A stretch of DNA of 64,000 nt from Lentisphaeria bacterium (GCA_041690595.1 JAWLHB010000018.1:1-64000); one strand, 5' to 3'. Positions 27,137-37,939 are shown, counted from the stretch's first letter. The notes: generated from the letters alone by a model not told the origin. Made by a program: numbers and translations.

Positions 27137-28750
27137 TCAGCTCCTGGGCTCGATCCGGATCTCCGCCCAGCGCAGCTCGGCGACCCCGGAAAAGCCAATC
27201 CATTCGAAGACATTCATGCCCGGATGCAACCACTCGGGAGGCACCCGATAGGCCAACAGGAATGGTATGGCATTCTTCAGGTTGGCGACGCAGCGCTCGA
27301 TCTGGTTGTCCAGCAGCATCGCCCCTCCGGTCTCCTCGACCTCTTCCAGGATCCGGCCGTTGCCCCGTACTTCGCCCTTCCCTTCCATCTCCACCGGCTC
27401 CGAGAAGCCGAGATAGAGGATGACCTCGGCATCGGCATCCGGCGCGAAGCCGGTGTCCAGCCGCAGGGTGATGCTCCCTTCGAGTCGGGCGTAGTCGTAG
27501 CCAACGGCAGGATTGCTCAATGGCACGGGCAATTGGCTGCGCGCGGGTACCCCCGGCGCGGCAACACCATGACCGGGCAGGTGCACTCGCCTCTGCCCCC
27601 TCAGTGTTTCCTCCGAACCCAGAGTCTGCAGCAGAGCCTTGAACTCGCCGGGACGCGAGCTTTCCGCATAACAGGTATTGAAGAAGTAGAGCCCGTCCGC
27701 CCCGCGGTTCAGCAAGCTGGCAGCCTCGCCGCGCAACAGATCGTCATGCCCCACCAGGCCGGTGAGTCCCAGCGCCGTATAGGGAGCCTGCACCCCGCAG
27801 CAATGCGCGAGGAGACGTACGCCGTCGCCCAGAATCTTTCGCCACAGCGCGATAGGCGTGAAGCCCAGTGACATGCCCCCGAACGATGACAGCGTCACCT
27901 GATCCACCAGCTTCTTCTCCGACCACGCCAACAGATCGTAGCCAAGTGCCTCACACACCTCGAACTCAGCGGGTATGCGCACCCCCAGCCGGACCGCGTG
28001 ACCAAGCCGTTCTTCGGCCCGCCGGACATACCCACGAACGTCTTCCATGAATCCAGTCAGCACCGCTGCCCCCTCTGCCTCGAAGCCGGGCCGAAAGTGC
28101 ATACCCCAGCGCAGCCAGTCCAACTCGATGCCATCCATGTCCCACTTCTCCAGCACCTCACCGACCAGCTTCAAATGATGCGCTCTCACCTCGGCGAGGC
28201 TAAAATCGTAAGCGCCCTCCATGCTGCGCTCCTCGCGATAGGTCGCCCGCCGCCATTCGGGATGCGCCTTCCACATCTCCGACGGAAACATCAGCGCCCA
28301 GCCGCGATAGTCCCCCCTCCCTTCCTCCAAACGTTGCCGATATTCCTGAAGACCGTGGCAGTCGTTCATACGCAGGCTCAGCCAGCCCTCGACTCCATGC
28401 CGGCGACAGCGGTCGATCCAGAGCTGGTACCGATCGAGGCCCCGGCGGTCCAGTTCGAGCATGTTGTCGAGCATGTGCCTGCCATGGCCGCCCGTGCTCA
28501 AGTCCAGACTGCGCAGGAAAGGCTGGTCGTCCGGCCCGGCCGGTTCGTAGCCGTCGCACACGTACTCCCAGACATCGCTCCGGTACAACGCCTTCTGGTA
28601 GTTGACGCAGAAGAGCACGCCCGCCACCTGCGTCCTCTCGCAGTAGAAATCCGCCAGCCCTTCGATGCCCTCGCGCGTCATATCCTCCCGCGGATGGAGC
28701 GACGTGAAATGGCTGTCGTCCTCGTTGATGAAGAGAGTGCGTTCTTTCAC
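27137..28750 (-). CDS. Putative TIM-barrel glycoside hydrolase (GHL10/DUF187-like)
   Basis: FINEDD, SLRMND, YDFS..EVR, DGIELDW and GADGLYFFN motifs; GTG start. Confidence 0.65.
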   Translation of the reverse strand: MKERTLFINEDDSHFTSLHPREDMTREGIEGLADFYCERTQVAGVLFCVNYQKALYRSDVWEYVCDGYEPAGPDDQPFLRSLDLSTGGHGRHMLDNMLELDRRGLDRYQLWIDRCRRHGVEGWLSLRMNDCHGLQEYRQRLEEGRGDYRGWALMFPSEMWKAHPEWRRATYREERSMEGAYDFSLAEVRAHHLKLVGEVLEKWDMDGIELDWLRWGMHFRPGFEAEGAAVLTGFMEDVRGYVRRAEERLGHAVRLGVRIPAEFEVCEALGYDLLAWSEKKLVDQVTLSSFGGMSLGFTPIALWRKILGDGVRLLAHCCGVQAPYTALGLTGLVGHDDLLRGEAASLLNRGADGLYFFNTCYAESSRPGEFKALLQTLGSEETLRGQRRVHLPGHGVAAPGVPARSQLPVPLSNPAVGYDYARLEGSITLRLDTGFAPDADAEVILYLGFSEPVEMEGKGEVRGNGRILEEVEETGGAMLLDNQIERCVANLKNAIPFLLAYRVPPEWLHPGMNVFEWIGFSGVAELRWAEIRIEPRS

Positions 28751-28837
28751 GGTCTCAATCTCCCAATTATCCGAATGATTGAAGATGCATCTTGCCGAAG
28801 TCGCCGGTCGTGGCTCGGCCTATCCTGATAGCTTTCC

Positions 28838-29920
28838 TTACGGATGCCCGTACTCTCGGATCGTTTCGACGAAGGCCATCACGTTCTCCCAAGGTACCTC
28901 CGGACGGATCATGTGCGCTGGCGCGCAAAGATAGCCGCCACCGCCAGCACTCATCTTGTCGATGGTGCGGCGAACCGTATCGCGGACGTCCTGGGGTGAC
29001 CCGAACGGCAGCGTCGTCTGCACACCGATGCCGCCGTGGAAGCAGATCCGCTCCCCGTACTTCTTTTTGAGCGCGAAGATGTCCATGCACTCGGGCTGGA
29101 TCGGGTTGAGAATGTCCACTCCGGCCTCGATGAATCCTTCGATCAAGGGCTCGACGTTGCCGTCGCTATGGTAAAAAACCATGATCTCGGGATTGACGCG
29201 TCTGGCGGCGGCGACCGCGTCGCGCATCATCGGGAAGATCCAGTCGCGCCACATCGCCGGGCTCATCATGGGCGCCTGTTGCGTGGCCACGTCACTGCCC
29301 GTCTGCAGGATGTCCGCACCGGTTCGGGCAACCTCCTCCGCCATGCGCACCTGTCCTTCCGCCCACTTGGCAAACAGCTTGCGAGCCCAGGCTTCGTCAG
29401 CAGCCATGCCCAGCAACAGGGTGTCGAACCCGGTAAGACCCCACAGGGCCTCGAAGTAGTTAGGCCCGCCCATATACACCGGCAGTCCTCTGGCATGGGC
29501 CGCGTCCACCTTCTCCTTGCAGCCGACGAAGCGGTGCGCGGCGCCCACATCGTCCGGCCAGGGATACCTCTCCAGCTCTTCCACCGAGCTGATGCCGCGC
29601 AAGGGGAAGTAGTTGATCGCATCGTCGCTCGCGGCATGATACACCGAGGCCCCGCCCCATTCGCTACCAATGACCGCCTCCGCCGGCAGCGAACCGTCGG
29701 CGTAGTACAACGAACGCCAGTCCGGCGTGGGCCGCCGCGTTCCGCCGGTCGCCCCGATCCAGGCGCCGTCGAACTTGAAATACTCCGCAAGATTCACCTC
29801 CGGCCCCAGATGCTTGCGGAACATCGCCATCGCGCCGGGGCTGACCCCGAAGTCCAGCGTCATCCACTCCGCCTTCTCACGGCGAACGATCCGCCGCAGA
29901 TTCTCGCGCGCCGTTATCAT
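28838..29920 (-). CDS. Uroporphyrinogen decarboxylase/MtaA-like superfamily protein
   Basis: SDVATQ..PMMSP, FYHSDG, NPIQPE, GGIGVQTTLPFG and APAH motifs. Confidence 0.85.
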   Translation of the reverse strand: MITARENLRRIVRREKAEWMTLDFGVSPGAMAMFRKHLGPEVNLAEYFKFDGAWIGATGGTRRPTPDWRSLYYADGSLPAEAVIGSEWGGASVYHAASDDAINYFPLRGISSVEELERYPWPDDVGAAHRFVGCKEKVDAAHARGLPVYMGGPNYFEALWGLTGFDTLLLGMAADEAWARKLFAKWAEGQVRMAEEVARTGADILQTGSDVATQQAPMMSPAMWRDWIFPMMRDAVAAARRVNPEIMVFYHSDGNVEPLIEGFIEAGVDILNPIQPECMDIFALKKKYGERICFHGGIGVQTTLPFGSPQDVRDTVRRTIDKMSAGGGGYLCAPAHMIRPEVPWENVMAFVETIREYGHP

Positions 29921-31629
29921 CGCTTCTCCTCGTGCGGCTTCAGGCTGGGCGTCGTCCCCTTGCCTTTCCACACATGCGGAGCGAGCTGCACCGTGAGCGT
30001 CCCCCCGTCCAGCACATGCTCCACACGAATGAAGGCGCACTCGATCCCCTCCTCGACTCTGGCAGCCACCGGCGCGCCGTTCCAGGCCGCCGACGTAAAA
30101 CGGGCCCCAAGATCCAGTGGCAGCCGGAAGTGCCCCGGCACGCCGACTGCGTTGGTCTTCACGGTCAGCCGTTCGGCCGTCTCGTCGTACCGCACGACCA
30201 GATCGAGGCGACCGACCGCGCCGAGGCGAACACTTAGCCGATTATCGCGCTCCGCCCAGGGCGAGGGATGGCAGGAATGCCGGTAGGAGCGGTACAGCGG
30301 CAGGTTCGGCTGGATCGCGATCTCACGGAAACCGATCGCCGCCGGGGTCACGCCGAAAAGCCCCTCGACGATCGCCGTCAGATGCGCGGTGGCGCTGACC
30401 ACGTATTCGTCACGGTTGAAGAATGCGGCATGGTCGACCGTACCGTCAAGCCGATAGCTTTCGAGGAAGTCACCGTCCCGGACCGCGACCTCGGCGCGTC
30501 GCAGAACGGCCCGCTGCAACGCCTGTTGCAGGCCGGCGGCATTGAGCGCCTGGACGCAATGGAAATAGGGCGTATCCCAGGCGCCGCCGATCTGGCCGCA
30601 ATCCTCACCCATGTCCACGCCGTTGGGATGTTCGGGCGAGTACCACGAGTAGGTCGGGAAATACTGCGGCATCGGGAAGCAGCGCTCGCGGGTCAGCGCG
30701 TCGTGAAGCACCCGGGCCACGGCCAGAAGGCGCTCCGCGGAGACGCCCCCTTCCGCGGCATAGTGTGGGACAACATCCGTCTCGCGGCTGCTTTCGCGGA
30801 TGCCGTTAAGCGTGAAGAACCAGCGGCCGCTGTTCTCGTCGCGCTGGACATGGTAGTAGCCGCCGAGATCGCTCCAGGCCCGCGTTTCGATGGCATCCAC
30901 CGTGCGCTGGTGCAGCTCCCCAAGCGGCGTGGCCGTCGCGGAGTTCCGCTTTGCGGCCGCGGCATGCGCCTTCTTCAGAAAGACCGCGAACGCCATGGTG
31001 GGGACAATCGCCTTGTTCGTCGGGTCGTAGTTGACCGGATAGTGGTTCGGTTCGCCCAGATGGGTTCCCCAGAAGGTGTTGGCATTGCCGCCGACATTGA
31101 GCAAGCCCGAGCCTTCCGGGTCGAACGCCTGGCTCATCTGCTGCGCAAAGGCGGCGGCCCGCTCCAGCACCGCGCCGAACCAGTCTTCCTCAGGATCGAA
31201 GTACTGAAGCATGTCGCCCAGCACCATGCCATACATGGTGTTGACGTTGGCGACTGGCGGAACATGGGGATGGGCCTTGCTGTGCCCAAGCAGCTCGCCG
31301 CGCTCGTTGAGCGCTTCGAGGAAGCTGTTCCGAAAGAACTCGTCCGTCAACCCGGGCTCGTCAGCCCACAGGTACGCCATCAACCGGGCCTGATGGCGGA
31401 TGTCGCGTTCGTCCCAGAGCATGGACATGTGTCCGCGTCGACCGAGGCTCACGGGCAGCCAGGCGCCAGGATGACCCGGTCCCGTACCGTCCCGGTTGCC
31501 CTCCCAGTACAACCTCCGGGCCTTGTCCAGCAGCGCCACGGCGATGCGCCACGATTCGTTCAGATATGGCAGCGGCGTGTCGATGCCGACATCCGCGGGG
31601 GTCGCTTCAGGCTTCTTCCAGGCGTTCAT
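29917..31629 (-). CDS. Putative six-hairpin (alpha/alpha)6 glycosidase-like protein
   Basis: WDERD, W..GGYY, GGAW and C-terminal EGLFGV.P...GF.EI.I.P, typical of GH78/GH65-like C-termini; 4-bp overlap with the next gene. Confidence 0.55.
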   Translation of the reverse strand: MNAWKKPEATPADVGIDTPLPYLNESWRIAVALLDKARRLYWEGNRDGTGPGHPGAWLPVSLGRRGHMSMLWDERDIRHQARLMAYLWADEPGLTDEFFRNSFLEALNERGELLGHSKAHPHVPPVANVNTMYGMVLGDMLQYFDPEEDWFGAVLERAAAFAQQMSQAFDPEGSGLLNVGGNANTFWGTHLGEPNHYPVNYDPTNKAIVPTMAFAVFLKKAHAAAAKRNSATATPLGELHQRTVDAIETRAWSDLGGYYHVQRDENSGRWFFTLNGIRESSRETDVVPHYAAEGGVSAERLLAVARVLHDALTRERCFPMPQYFPTYSWYSPEHPNGVDMGEDCGQIGGAWDTPYFHCVQALNAAGLQQALQRAVLRRAEVAVRDGDFLESYRLDGTVDHAAFFNRDEYVVSATAHLTAIVEGLFGVTPAAIGFREIAIQPNLPLYRSYRHSCHPSPWAERDNRLSVRLGAVGRLDLVVRYDETAERLTVKTNAVGVPGHFRLPLDLGARFTSAAWNGAPVAARVEEGIECAFIRVEHVLDGGTLTVQLAPHVWKGKGTTPSLKPHEEKR

Positions 31630-31654
31630 CTTCAGACGGTTTCCTTCTTGTCTT

Positions 31655-32830
31655 CTACTCCAGCCCCAGCAACTCGAGGATGTAGTCCGGCTCCGGTGGT
31701 GGATAGTCCGGTTCATGGCGGACATGCAGCGTACAGCGAGCGCCGACGGCGTCCGCCCGTTGCTTGAACAGCAGTCCCAGCCGCGGATGGTGCACCCCTT
31801 CGTCCGTCCGGTCGAGCGGACCCACATAACTCAAAAAGATGGGCGGGTCGCTGGCGTCCAGATGCTTGACCGGCGAACAGTAGTCGATCAGCGCCTGCGT
31901 TTCCACATCGATCTCCAGCCCCTTCAGCTTCGCGTTCGGTACTTTCAGACCGTTTGAAAACATGCCATGGTTGAGTGCTTCAAGGATACCCCCGGCTTTC
32001 ATGTCCGCCGGATCGACGGTGGTCTGGGCGCCGCCACCCACGGCACCCTGAATGCGAGTCGACTCGCGAAGAACGGGATCCTCTGCCTTCGGATCGATCA
32101 GGTCGTCGTGCGTTGCCAGCCACAGCACATTGCATCCGCCAGCCGAATCGCCCATGGCCACGAACTGGCCCTTGTCCAGGTTGTACTTGGCCGCATTGGC
32201 GCGCAGGAACTGGATGGCGCGGGCCGAGTCGTGCAATGGCGCCGGCAGCTTGTGCTCCTGATGGACGTAGCGGTAGGTGACAGAAGCCACCGTCCCACCC
32301 CTGGCAAGAACCTTCTGCACCAGGTCGCGCTGCATGATCGGATATTCCGTCTGGCGTCCATGCGCCCAGCCGCCACCGTGGATCAGGACCAGCACCGGCG
32401 TTGGCTTCGTCGCCCCTTTGGGCATATAGATGTCCAGCAGATGCCGCTCGTCCGGACCATAGGCAACATCCAGTTCATGGCTCCAACCCTTCGGCAGCGT
32501 CAGATCAAGCAGACGATGAAACAGCCGCAGAGACTCTTCGTGCCGACCCGCGGTAAACGTTCCCCACACGCGGTAGTTCAACACCTGCAGCCGCAACTCC
32601 TCCGGCACGGTTTCTACGCCGTCGTATCTCTCCAGCAGCACCAGAGCGTCCTCGAGCCGGTTCTCCTTGCGCTGAAGATGCACCGCCTGCTCGTAATCCT
32701 TCCGCATCTGCTCGGTCAATGCCTGGTCCACGATTGGCTCTCCCGATGGATTCAATTCCGCCACCAACACATTGGCCGTCATCACCCACGCGCACAGGAA
32801 ACTCACCAATCGAAAAACTCTGCCGCTCAT
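31655..32830 (-). CDS. Secreted alpha/beta hydrolase (carbohydrate esterase-like)
   Basis: Signal peptide, LDIY.P, HGGGW and GDSAGG nucleophile elbow. Confidence 0.88.
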   Translation of the reverse strand: MSGRVFRLVSFLCAWVMTANVLVAELNPSGEPIVDQALTEQMRKDYEQAVHLQRKENRLEDALVLLERYDGVETVPEELRLQVLNYRVWGTFTAGRHEESLRLFHRLLDLTLPKGWSHELDVAYGPDERHLLDIYMPKGATKPTPVLVLIHGGGWAHGRQTEYPIMQRDLVQKVLARGGTVASVTYRYVHQEHKLPAPLHDSARAIQFLRANAAKYNLDKGQFVAMGDSAGGCNVLWLATHDDLIDPKAEDPVLRESTRIQGAVGGGAQTTVDPADMKAGGILEALNHGMFSNGLKVPNAKLKGLEIDVETQALIDYCSPVKHLDASDPPIFLSYVGPLDRTDEGVHHPRLGLLFKQRADAVGARCTLHVRHEPDYPPPEPDYILELLGLE

Positions 32831-35800
32831 TGCTTGACCCCCACTGGATGTACCAGTATGCGGTGCTCGCCAGGCGCCAGCGTTATCGTCTCCCCCGCCC
32901 ACTCGACGCCCGGCAGCTCCATTGTTCGCGTCAGCGTCGCGGTGATCGGCGCGTCCGTCGGATTGTTCACCGAAACATGCCACAGCGGCGGCGTACCACC
33001 CGCGGCGTCCTTCAGGCAAACCACATTGATGAACAACTCCTCACCCCCCGCGGCGGCCACCACCGGCTGGCCGACCACGAGATGATGCAGCGCCGCCTGG
33101 TCAGTGGGCACCGGGAAATAGACGCGGCCGTCGAAATCCATCCCAAGGGTACGGAAGCGGTTCTGCGCCTTTCCATAACGTCCCGCGCCGACGTAGCCCT
33201 CCTTCTGCCACAGGATGGCGCTCCAACGCGGATTGAATCCGGCCACCCGGAAGGGCAGGTTCGCATCCAGGCTATCCGCCGACCGCGGCACCTTCACCTC
33301 CACCGCCCCTCTCTCAGCTTCCAACTCGATAACCCCCGGTGGCGCAGCGACGCGGACGCCGCGAAGAATCTCGAACCCGTCCGGCTGCTGGAAGTAGCGC
33401 ACCCAGCGCAGCAGCGCATCGGTATGCGGGATTGGCTTGTCCATCGGCCATGAGCAGTAGAACCACTCGAGAAGCCGCTGGTCGCCCGCCGCGACGCGCA
33501 GTCCTCCCTGTGGCAGCGCCTCGCGCAGCACCACGGATGCGGGATCCACGCTTAACTCCAGCGGCACGCCCCGGTTGACGAGCAACATCGCGTTGGCCTC
33601 GTTCGGCGAGATGGCGGCGAACCAGTCGCCGGTCTCGATTGTCCAGCGGGTCATGCCGGGCGCTGCACGCTCGCCTCGTGGTGCCGCGTCCCGTGCGGCC
33701 ACCAGCGTCTCCCCACGACCATGCACCAGCATCACGTGCTGTTCGAGATCTTTGCGCCAGAGATTGCTGAGATGAACCTGGTTCAGCACCATGTTTTCCT
33801 TGAAGGTGTTCACGTGCGTGAACAGCGTCGCGGTCGGCCCCTGCCTGCGGCCAAACGGCCCCCAACCCATCGCTACCCCATCTTGATATTGGTCCCATTC
33901 AGTGAAGACACCCACCATGTCCACCAACGGCGCCGGCTCGATCGGGCCATAATCAGTCCACGGATTCCGATGCGGCGAACCAGGCAACTGCACGCCGCGG
34001 CTGACCGAGCGTCCGCGCCACGCCCGCTCGTCGCAAAGCTCCATCACCGGCGTCTGATAGGGTCGGCCGCCCTGTTGGTCGGTACTGGTCTGAAAAGAAG
34101 GCAGCACCGGCCCCATGGGCAGCAGCTCGAGCTTACCCACCGCCATGCCCATCCCGTCCCAGGCCGCGCCGGTTTCAGGTATCTGCGGCACGCTCGAGGA
34201 GCGTTGCCAGCCAGGACCGCGGTAGAGCCGCATACCGCCGCAATCGTTCACATGGTCCCCGCAGAAGACGCAGACCGGCGCCCCATCGTTCCAGCCGCGC
34301 AGAGGAAAGGATACCGCCTTGCCACCGTTGGCGTCAGTCGCCACCACACTCATGTTGCGTTGCAGCGATCCGCTCAGGAAGAGGCGCGTCGAGAACTCCT
34401 TCGCCCCTCCGGGCAGGAAACGCCGGAACAACCGGTCCCCATCGTAGACGCTCACCTCCTTCAGCCCAGCCTCGGCCACCACCTGCAGGAAAGGCGTCGT
34501 CAGCATGCGCTCAGCAACGAACAACTCCCCCGCGTACGTGCCGGTGCGGTACATGCCGCGTGGCCAGTGCAGGATTATCGGGCCACTACTGGGAAAGACG
34601 TTGAACGCCGCAAACTGCGAATTCCAGCGCAGCGCGTGATCCCACAGCGCCCGAACCGACGGGGCCGTGGCATAAGTCAGCCCCTTCGATCCCTCGACCC
34701 CCGCCGCGATGGCGTAATAGTCCGGCATGCTTTCCGGCGCCTCGGCGTGCGTAAGTCCCCGGCCAACGTCAACCATGGTGGCCAACGCTGCCGGCGAATC
34801 GAGTAAGTTGATCGCCACTGGAGTCCCCGACATGGTGCCGGCATTGGTCAGCAGGTACTGGTCGGTGACGTCCTCCACCAACTCACCGTTGCGGTAATAG
34901 ACCACGCCGACCATGCTGAACAACCGCAGGTCATGCACCGCCAGGCCGCCACTCTTCATCGGTTCGATAAAATCGAAATAGCCCATCGAATTCACCGTGT
35001 TCCACTGCGCGTCGAAAATAAAATCGATGAACCGGCTCGTCTCCCAGCTTCCATCCTCCTTTTGCGGCTGGAGTATCATGACGCTTCGGTCGGGCGAAAG
35101 GAATTTGTCGTGCATGAAGAGCGGATCCAGTCCGAAATGGAAAAACTGGTTGCCCAGGTTGGTGCGAATACGGTAGCCGGCCAGCAGCAGCAGATCGTCC
35201 CCACTGTTTTCCTTGCAATCGGCAACCAACTGCGTGAATTCCGCCTGCGTCAGTTCGGTGAGATCCTCCAGGAAAATGATGAACGCTACTCCCTTCTCGC
35301 GAGCTACGGCGGCGTACTCGGCCACCGTGCCCTGGCCACCGGAGTAGGCCGTGCGCGGACCAACTATCCCCTGATGCAGCTTGACTACGGGAGGTTTCAG
35401 CTCGGGATCGTGCTGGGTCGAGTACGGCTGGAAGCCTTGCGGTCCCATGTAGCGCAGATGACCGTTCGCGTCCGGCTTCTCCAGCGTACGCATCCAGCGG
35501 TCGGCGGCAGTCACGTATCCCCCCAGCGTGCCACCCCCCAGGCTCGGCGCGGCCAGCCAACGGAAGGTCTGATCCAGCAGTTTGCCGAAGTCCGACGGCT
35601 GATTGTTCAGCCCCTTGTCGAGCATGACGCCGTTGTGCAACCAGGAGAGACCCGAACCAAAGTGATAGAAGGGATGCGCGTGAAAGAGCGCCAGACGGCC
35701 AGGACCCAGGTCGCGAATCGCAAACAGTGGTGGTTCCTCAACCCCATCGGGCCGAACATATGGCGCATCGTACCAAGGCACCCCCGGTTTATTTTCAACC

Positions 35801-36504
35801 AGTTGCAGCGGTTCGGTACGACTATTCTTCGGGGCCCGCACGACCACCGTCCACGAGTCGTCAACCTCGATCGGGCCCGCCGTACCCCAATCACCACCAC
35901 CTTGTATTTCTCTCAGAAAGCCGGGATACCAGACACGGGCTACACCCTCGGAAACTGGTGAATCCTGGACGTTTTCCGTCACATAAAAGCTGTGTCCCAG
36001 GCGAGGATGGCGAACATAGCGGTCCGGCGCCATCGCCACCCGTTCAAGCGGTTTCCGAGCGCCCCAGCGTTCCAGCGCCTTCTGCGTCGAGTTGTAGAAG
36101 ACCGGGCTGTAGTGATGCTGTAGCAGGTTTACCATCACCCCGCCGCCCACCGCCAGGAACCGGTCCACCAACGCCAGAGTCTCTTCCAGGTTCGCACCGC
36201 TTCCAGGACCGCCGCTCGGCTCGTGGGTCACCTTACCCTCCTGCGGAAAATCCACCAGCAGCAGCACATTGTACCCCTGCAACCGCTCCCAGGTCAGATC
36301 CCGGTGATGAATGGCATCAACCTCGAACCCGGCCGCCTGCAGCCGCTTCATATAGTCCAAGTCCACCGTACCGCCCCAGTTGTCAATCAGGATCGCGGGC
36401 TTCGATGGTGTCGGCGCAACCTCGTCGCCGGCAACAGTAAAGGTGGCGACAAACGCAAGCGCAAGCGTTAACCCCCAAGTCATGCAAGTCGACAGCTTGG
36501 CCAT
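32827..36504 (-). CDS. Large secreted multidomain protein (GATase-like domain plus degenerate PHP-like domain)
   Basis: Signal peptide; 1225 aa; PRTAYSGGQGTVAEY...GVAFIIFLED resembles the PHP start but lacks the His ligands. Confidence 0.6.
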   Translation of the reverse strand: MAKLSTCMTWGLTLALAFVATFTVAGDEVAPTPSKPAILIDNWGGTVDLDYMKRLQAAGFEVDAIHHRDLTWERLQGYNVLLLVDFPQEGKVTHEPSGGPGSGANLEETLALVDRFLAVGGGVMVNLLQHHYSPVFYNSTQKALERWGARKPLERVAMAPDRYVRHPRLGHSFYVTENVQDSPVSEGVARVWYPGFLREIQGGGDWGTAGPIEVDDSWTVVVRAPKNSRTEPLQLVENKPGVPWYDAPYVRPDGVEEPPLFAIRDLGPGRLALFHAHPFYHFGSGLSWLHNGVMLDKGLNNQPSDFGKLLDQTFRWLAAPSLGGGTLGGYVTAADRWMRTLEKPDANGHLRYMGPQGFQPYSTQHDPELKPPVVKLHQGIVGPRTAYSGGQGTVAEYAAVAREKGVAFIIFLEDLTELTQAEFTQLVADCKENSGDDLLLLAGYRIRTNLGNQFFHFGLDPLFMHDKFLSPDRSVMILQPQKEDGSWETSRFIDFIFDAQWNTVNSMGYFDFIEPMKSGGLAVHDLRLFSMVGVVYYRNGELVEDVTDQYLLTNAGTMSGTPVAINLLDSPAALATMVDVGRGLTHAEAPESMPDYYAIAAGVEGSKGLTYATAPSVRALWDHALRWNSQFAAFNVFPSSGPIILHWPRGMYRTGTYAGELFVAERMLTTPFLQVVAEAGLKEVSVYDGDRLFRRFLPGGAKEFSTRLFLSGSLQRNMSVVATDANGGKAVSFPLRGWNDGAPVCVFCGDHVNDCGGMRLYRGPGWQRSSSVPQIPETGAAWDGMGMAVGKLELLPMGPVLPSFQTSTDQQGGRPYQTPVMELCDERAWRGRSVSRGVQLPGSPHRNPWTDYGPIEPAPLVDMVGVFTEWDQYQDGVAMGWGPFGRRQGPTATLFTHVNTFKENMVLNQVHLSNLWRKDLEQHVMLVHGRGETLVAARDAAPRGERAAPGMTRWTIETGDWFAAISPNEANAMLLVNRGVPLELSVDPASVVLREALPQGGLRVAAGDQRLLEWFYCSWPMDKPIPHTDALLRWVRYFQQPDGFEILRGVRVAAPPGVIELEAERGAVEVKVPRSADSLDANLPFRVAGFNPRWSAILWQKEGYVGAGRYGKAQNRFRTLGMDFDGRVYFPVPTDQAALHHLVVGQPVVAAAGGEELFINVVCLKDAAGGTPPLWHVSVNNPTDAPITATLTRTMELPGVEWAGETITLAPGEHRILVHPVGVKQ

Positions 36505-36685
36505 GGGCTTCTTGCTCCTCGTTATGTTGGTTGCTTCGTCTCCCGTTCTCGTGCCGGCTCGACGGAGCCATCTGTACCAATGCCCTATTCGTCGGGTTAC
36601 AGAGGTGACTCCCAATCAGGCCAGTACAGGCAACTCCATGGGCTTCACGGCATCTCGCGGCAATCTCGCGCTAACGGCGTACCGC

Positions 36686-37780
36686 CTAGCTGCGCATCGG
36701 CATGATGACGTAGAGAAACCCTTCGTCACCAAGCATCACAACTGGCTTGAACTCGTCATTGAACCGCAGGGTCATATCGTCGCATTCCAACTGGCGAAGC
36801 GGATCGCGCAGGAACGTCGGATTGAAGGCAATGTTGACCGGTTCGCCCTGGTACGAAACCTGGAGCGGCTCGCTCGCTTCGCCCACATCCGTCGAACTCG
36901 CACTCATCACCAGATTGTCCTGTTCCAGCGCTACCTTGATCGAGGCTCCCGAATCGGTGACCACAACTGAAACACGGTTGAGCACCTCCAGGAATTTCTC
37001 CCTCTGCATCACCACCGAGTTCTGGAACGACGCCGGAATCACCTGGCGGTAATTCGGATAGTTGCCTTCCACAAGCTTCGAGACAACACGCGTATTGCCA
37101 ACCTCGAAAGAGGCACGCGATTCAGAGAACCGGATGACCAACTCTCCCTCGTCGTCCAGCAACCGCTCCAACTCATGCACAACCTTGATCGGCAGAATGA
37201 CGTCACCATCTTCCACTGAATCGCCATCCTCGAGAATCTTCTCGACCAGCGCAAGCCGCCGACCGTCCGTCGCAACCGTCGTGAAATTACCATCGCGATT
37301 GCTCAAGAGGATGCCGTTCAGCACATACCGCGTTTGATCGGTGCTGACGGAATACGAGATCTTGCGCAACGTCTTACCGAACTCCAGACTCGGCAGGACC
37401 ACCTTACGATCTTCCTGCAGCTCACTCTCCTTCGGAAACTCACTGGCCTGCAAGCCCATCACTTTGAACTGGGCCGGACCGCAGGAGATCTGTGTCGTCA
37501 GCTCCTCATCCGTGTCCAGCGTCACATCGCCGCCGGGAAGTGTCCCCACGATCTGACCGAATTTCTTTGCCGGAAGCGTTATCGAGCCTTCCCGTTCAAT
37601 CGTGGCGTCGACGATCGTGGTGATGCTGACTTCAAGATCGGTGGTGGACAGTGACAGCTGATTATCCTTGCCTTCAAGCAGAACATTGCTGAGCACAGGT
37701 ATGGTCGAGCGACTGCTGACGACGCTCAACACCTTGCGGAGCGCTTCAAGCAGCATGGCAGTTGATACGGTTAGCTTCAT
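36686..37780 (-). CDS. dnaN: DNA polymerase III beta clamp
   Basis: IPVLSNVL, TDLE, RYVLNG, VATDGRRL, GNYPNY and C-terminal YVIMPMR. Confidence 0.98.
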   Translation of the reverse strand: MKLTVSTAMLLEALRKVLSVVSSRSTIPVLSNVLLEGKDNQLSLSTTDLEVSITTIVDATIEREGSITLPAKKFGQIVGTLPGGDVTLDTDEELTTQISCGPAQFKVMGLQASEFPKESELQEDRKVVLPSLEFGKTLRKISYSVSTDQTRYVLNGILLSNRDGNFTTVATDGRRLALVEKILEDGDSVEDGDVILPIKVVHELERLLDDEGELVIRFSESRASFEVGNTRVVSKLVEGNYPNYRQVIPASFQNSVVMQREKFLEVLNRVSVVVTDSGASIKVALEQDNLVMSASSTDVGEASEPLQVSYQGEPVNIAFNPTFLRDPLRQLECDDMTLRFNDEFKPVVMLGDEGFLYVIMPMRS

Positions 37781-37939
37781 GTGTCCCTGTCCTTTGGCGT
37801 TGCGTATTACGATTGTCCCCGTAGTCTTTCAGGTACGTAATCTAATAACCTTTATACGATTGTCTATCTCAAGCAGTCACATTCCTGAAACATGAGCCCT
37901 TGAACCACTCCCCGGAAAAGACCCGACAAGCCCCCTCTC

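Noticed and set aside
28838..29920. hemE (true uroporphyrinogen decarboxylase)
   Set aside because: Lacks the N-terminal RQAGR motif and sits in a carbohydrate locus.
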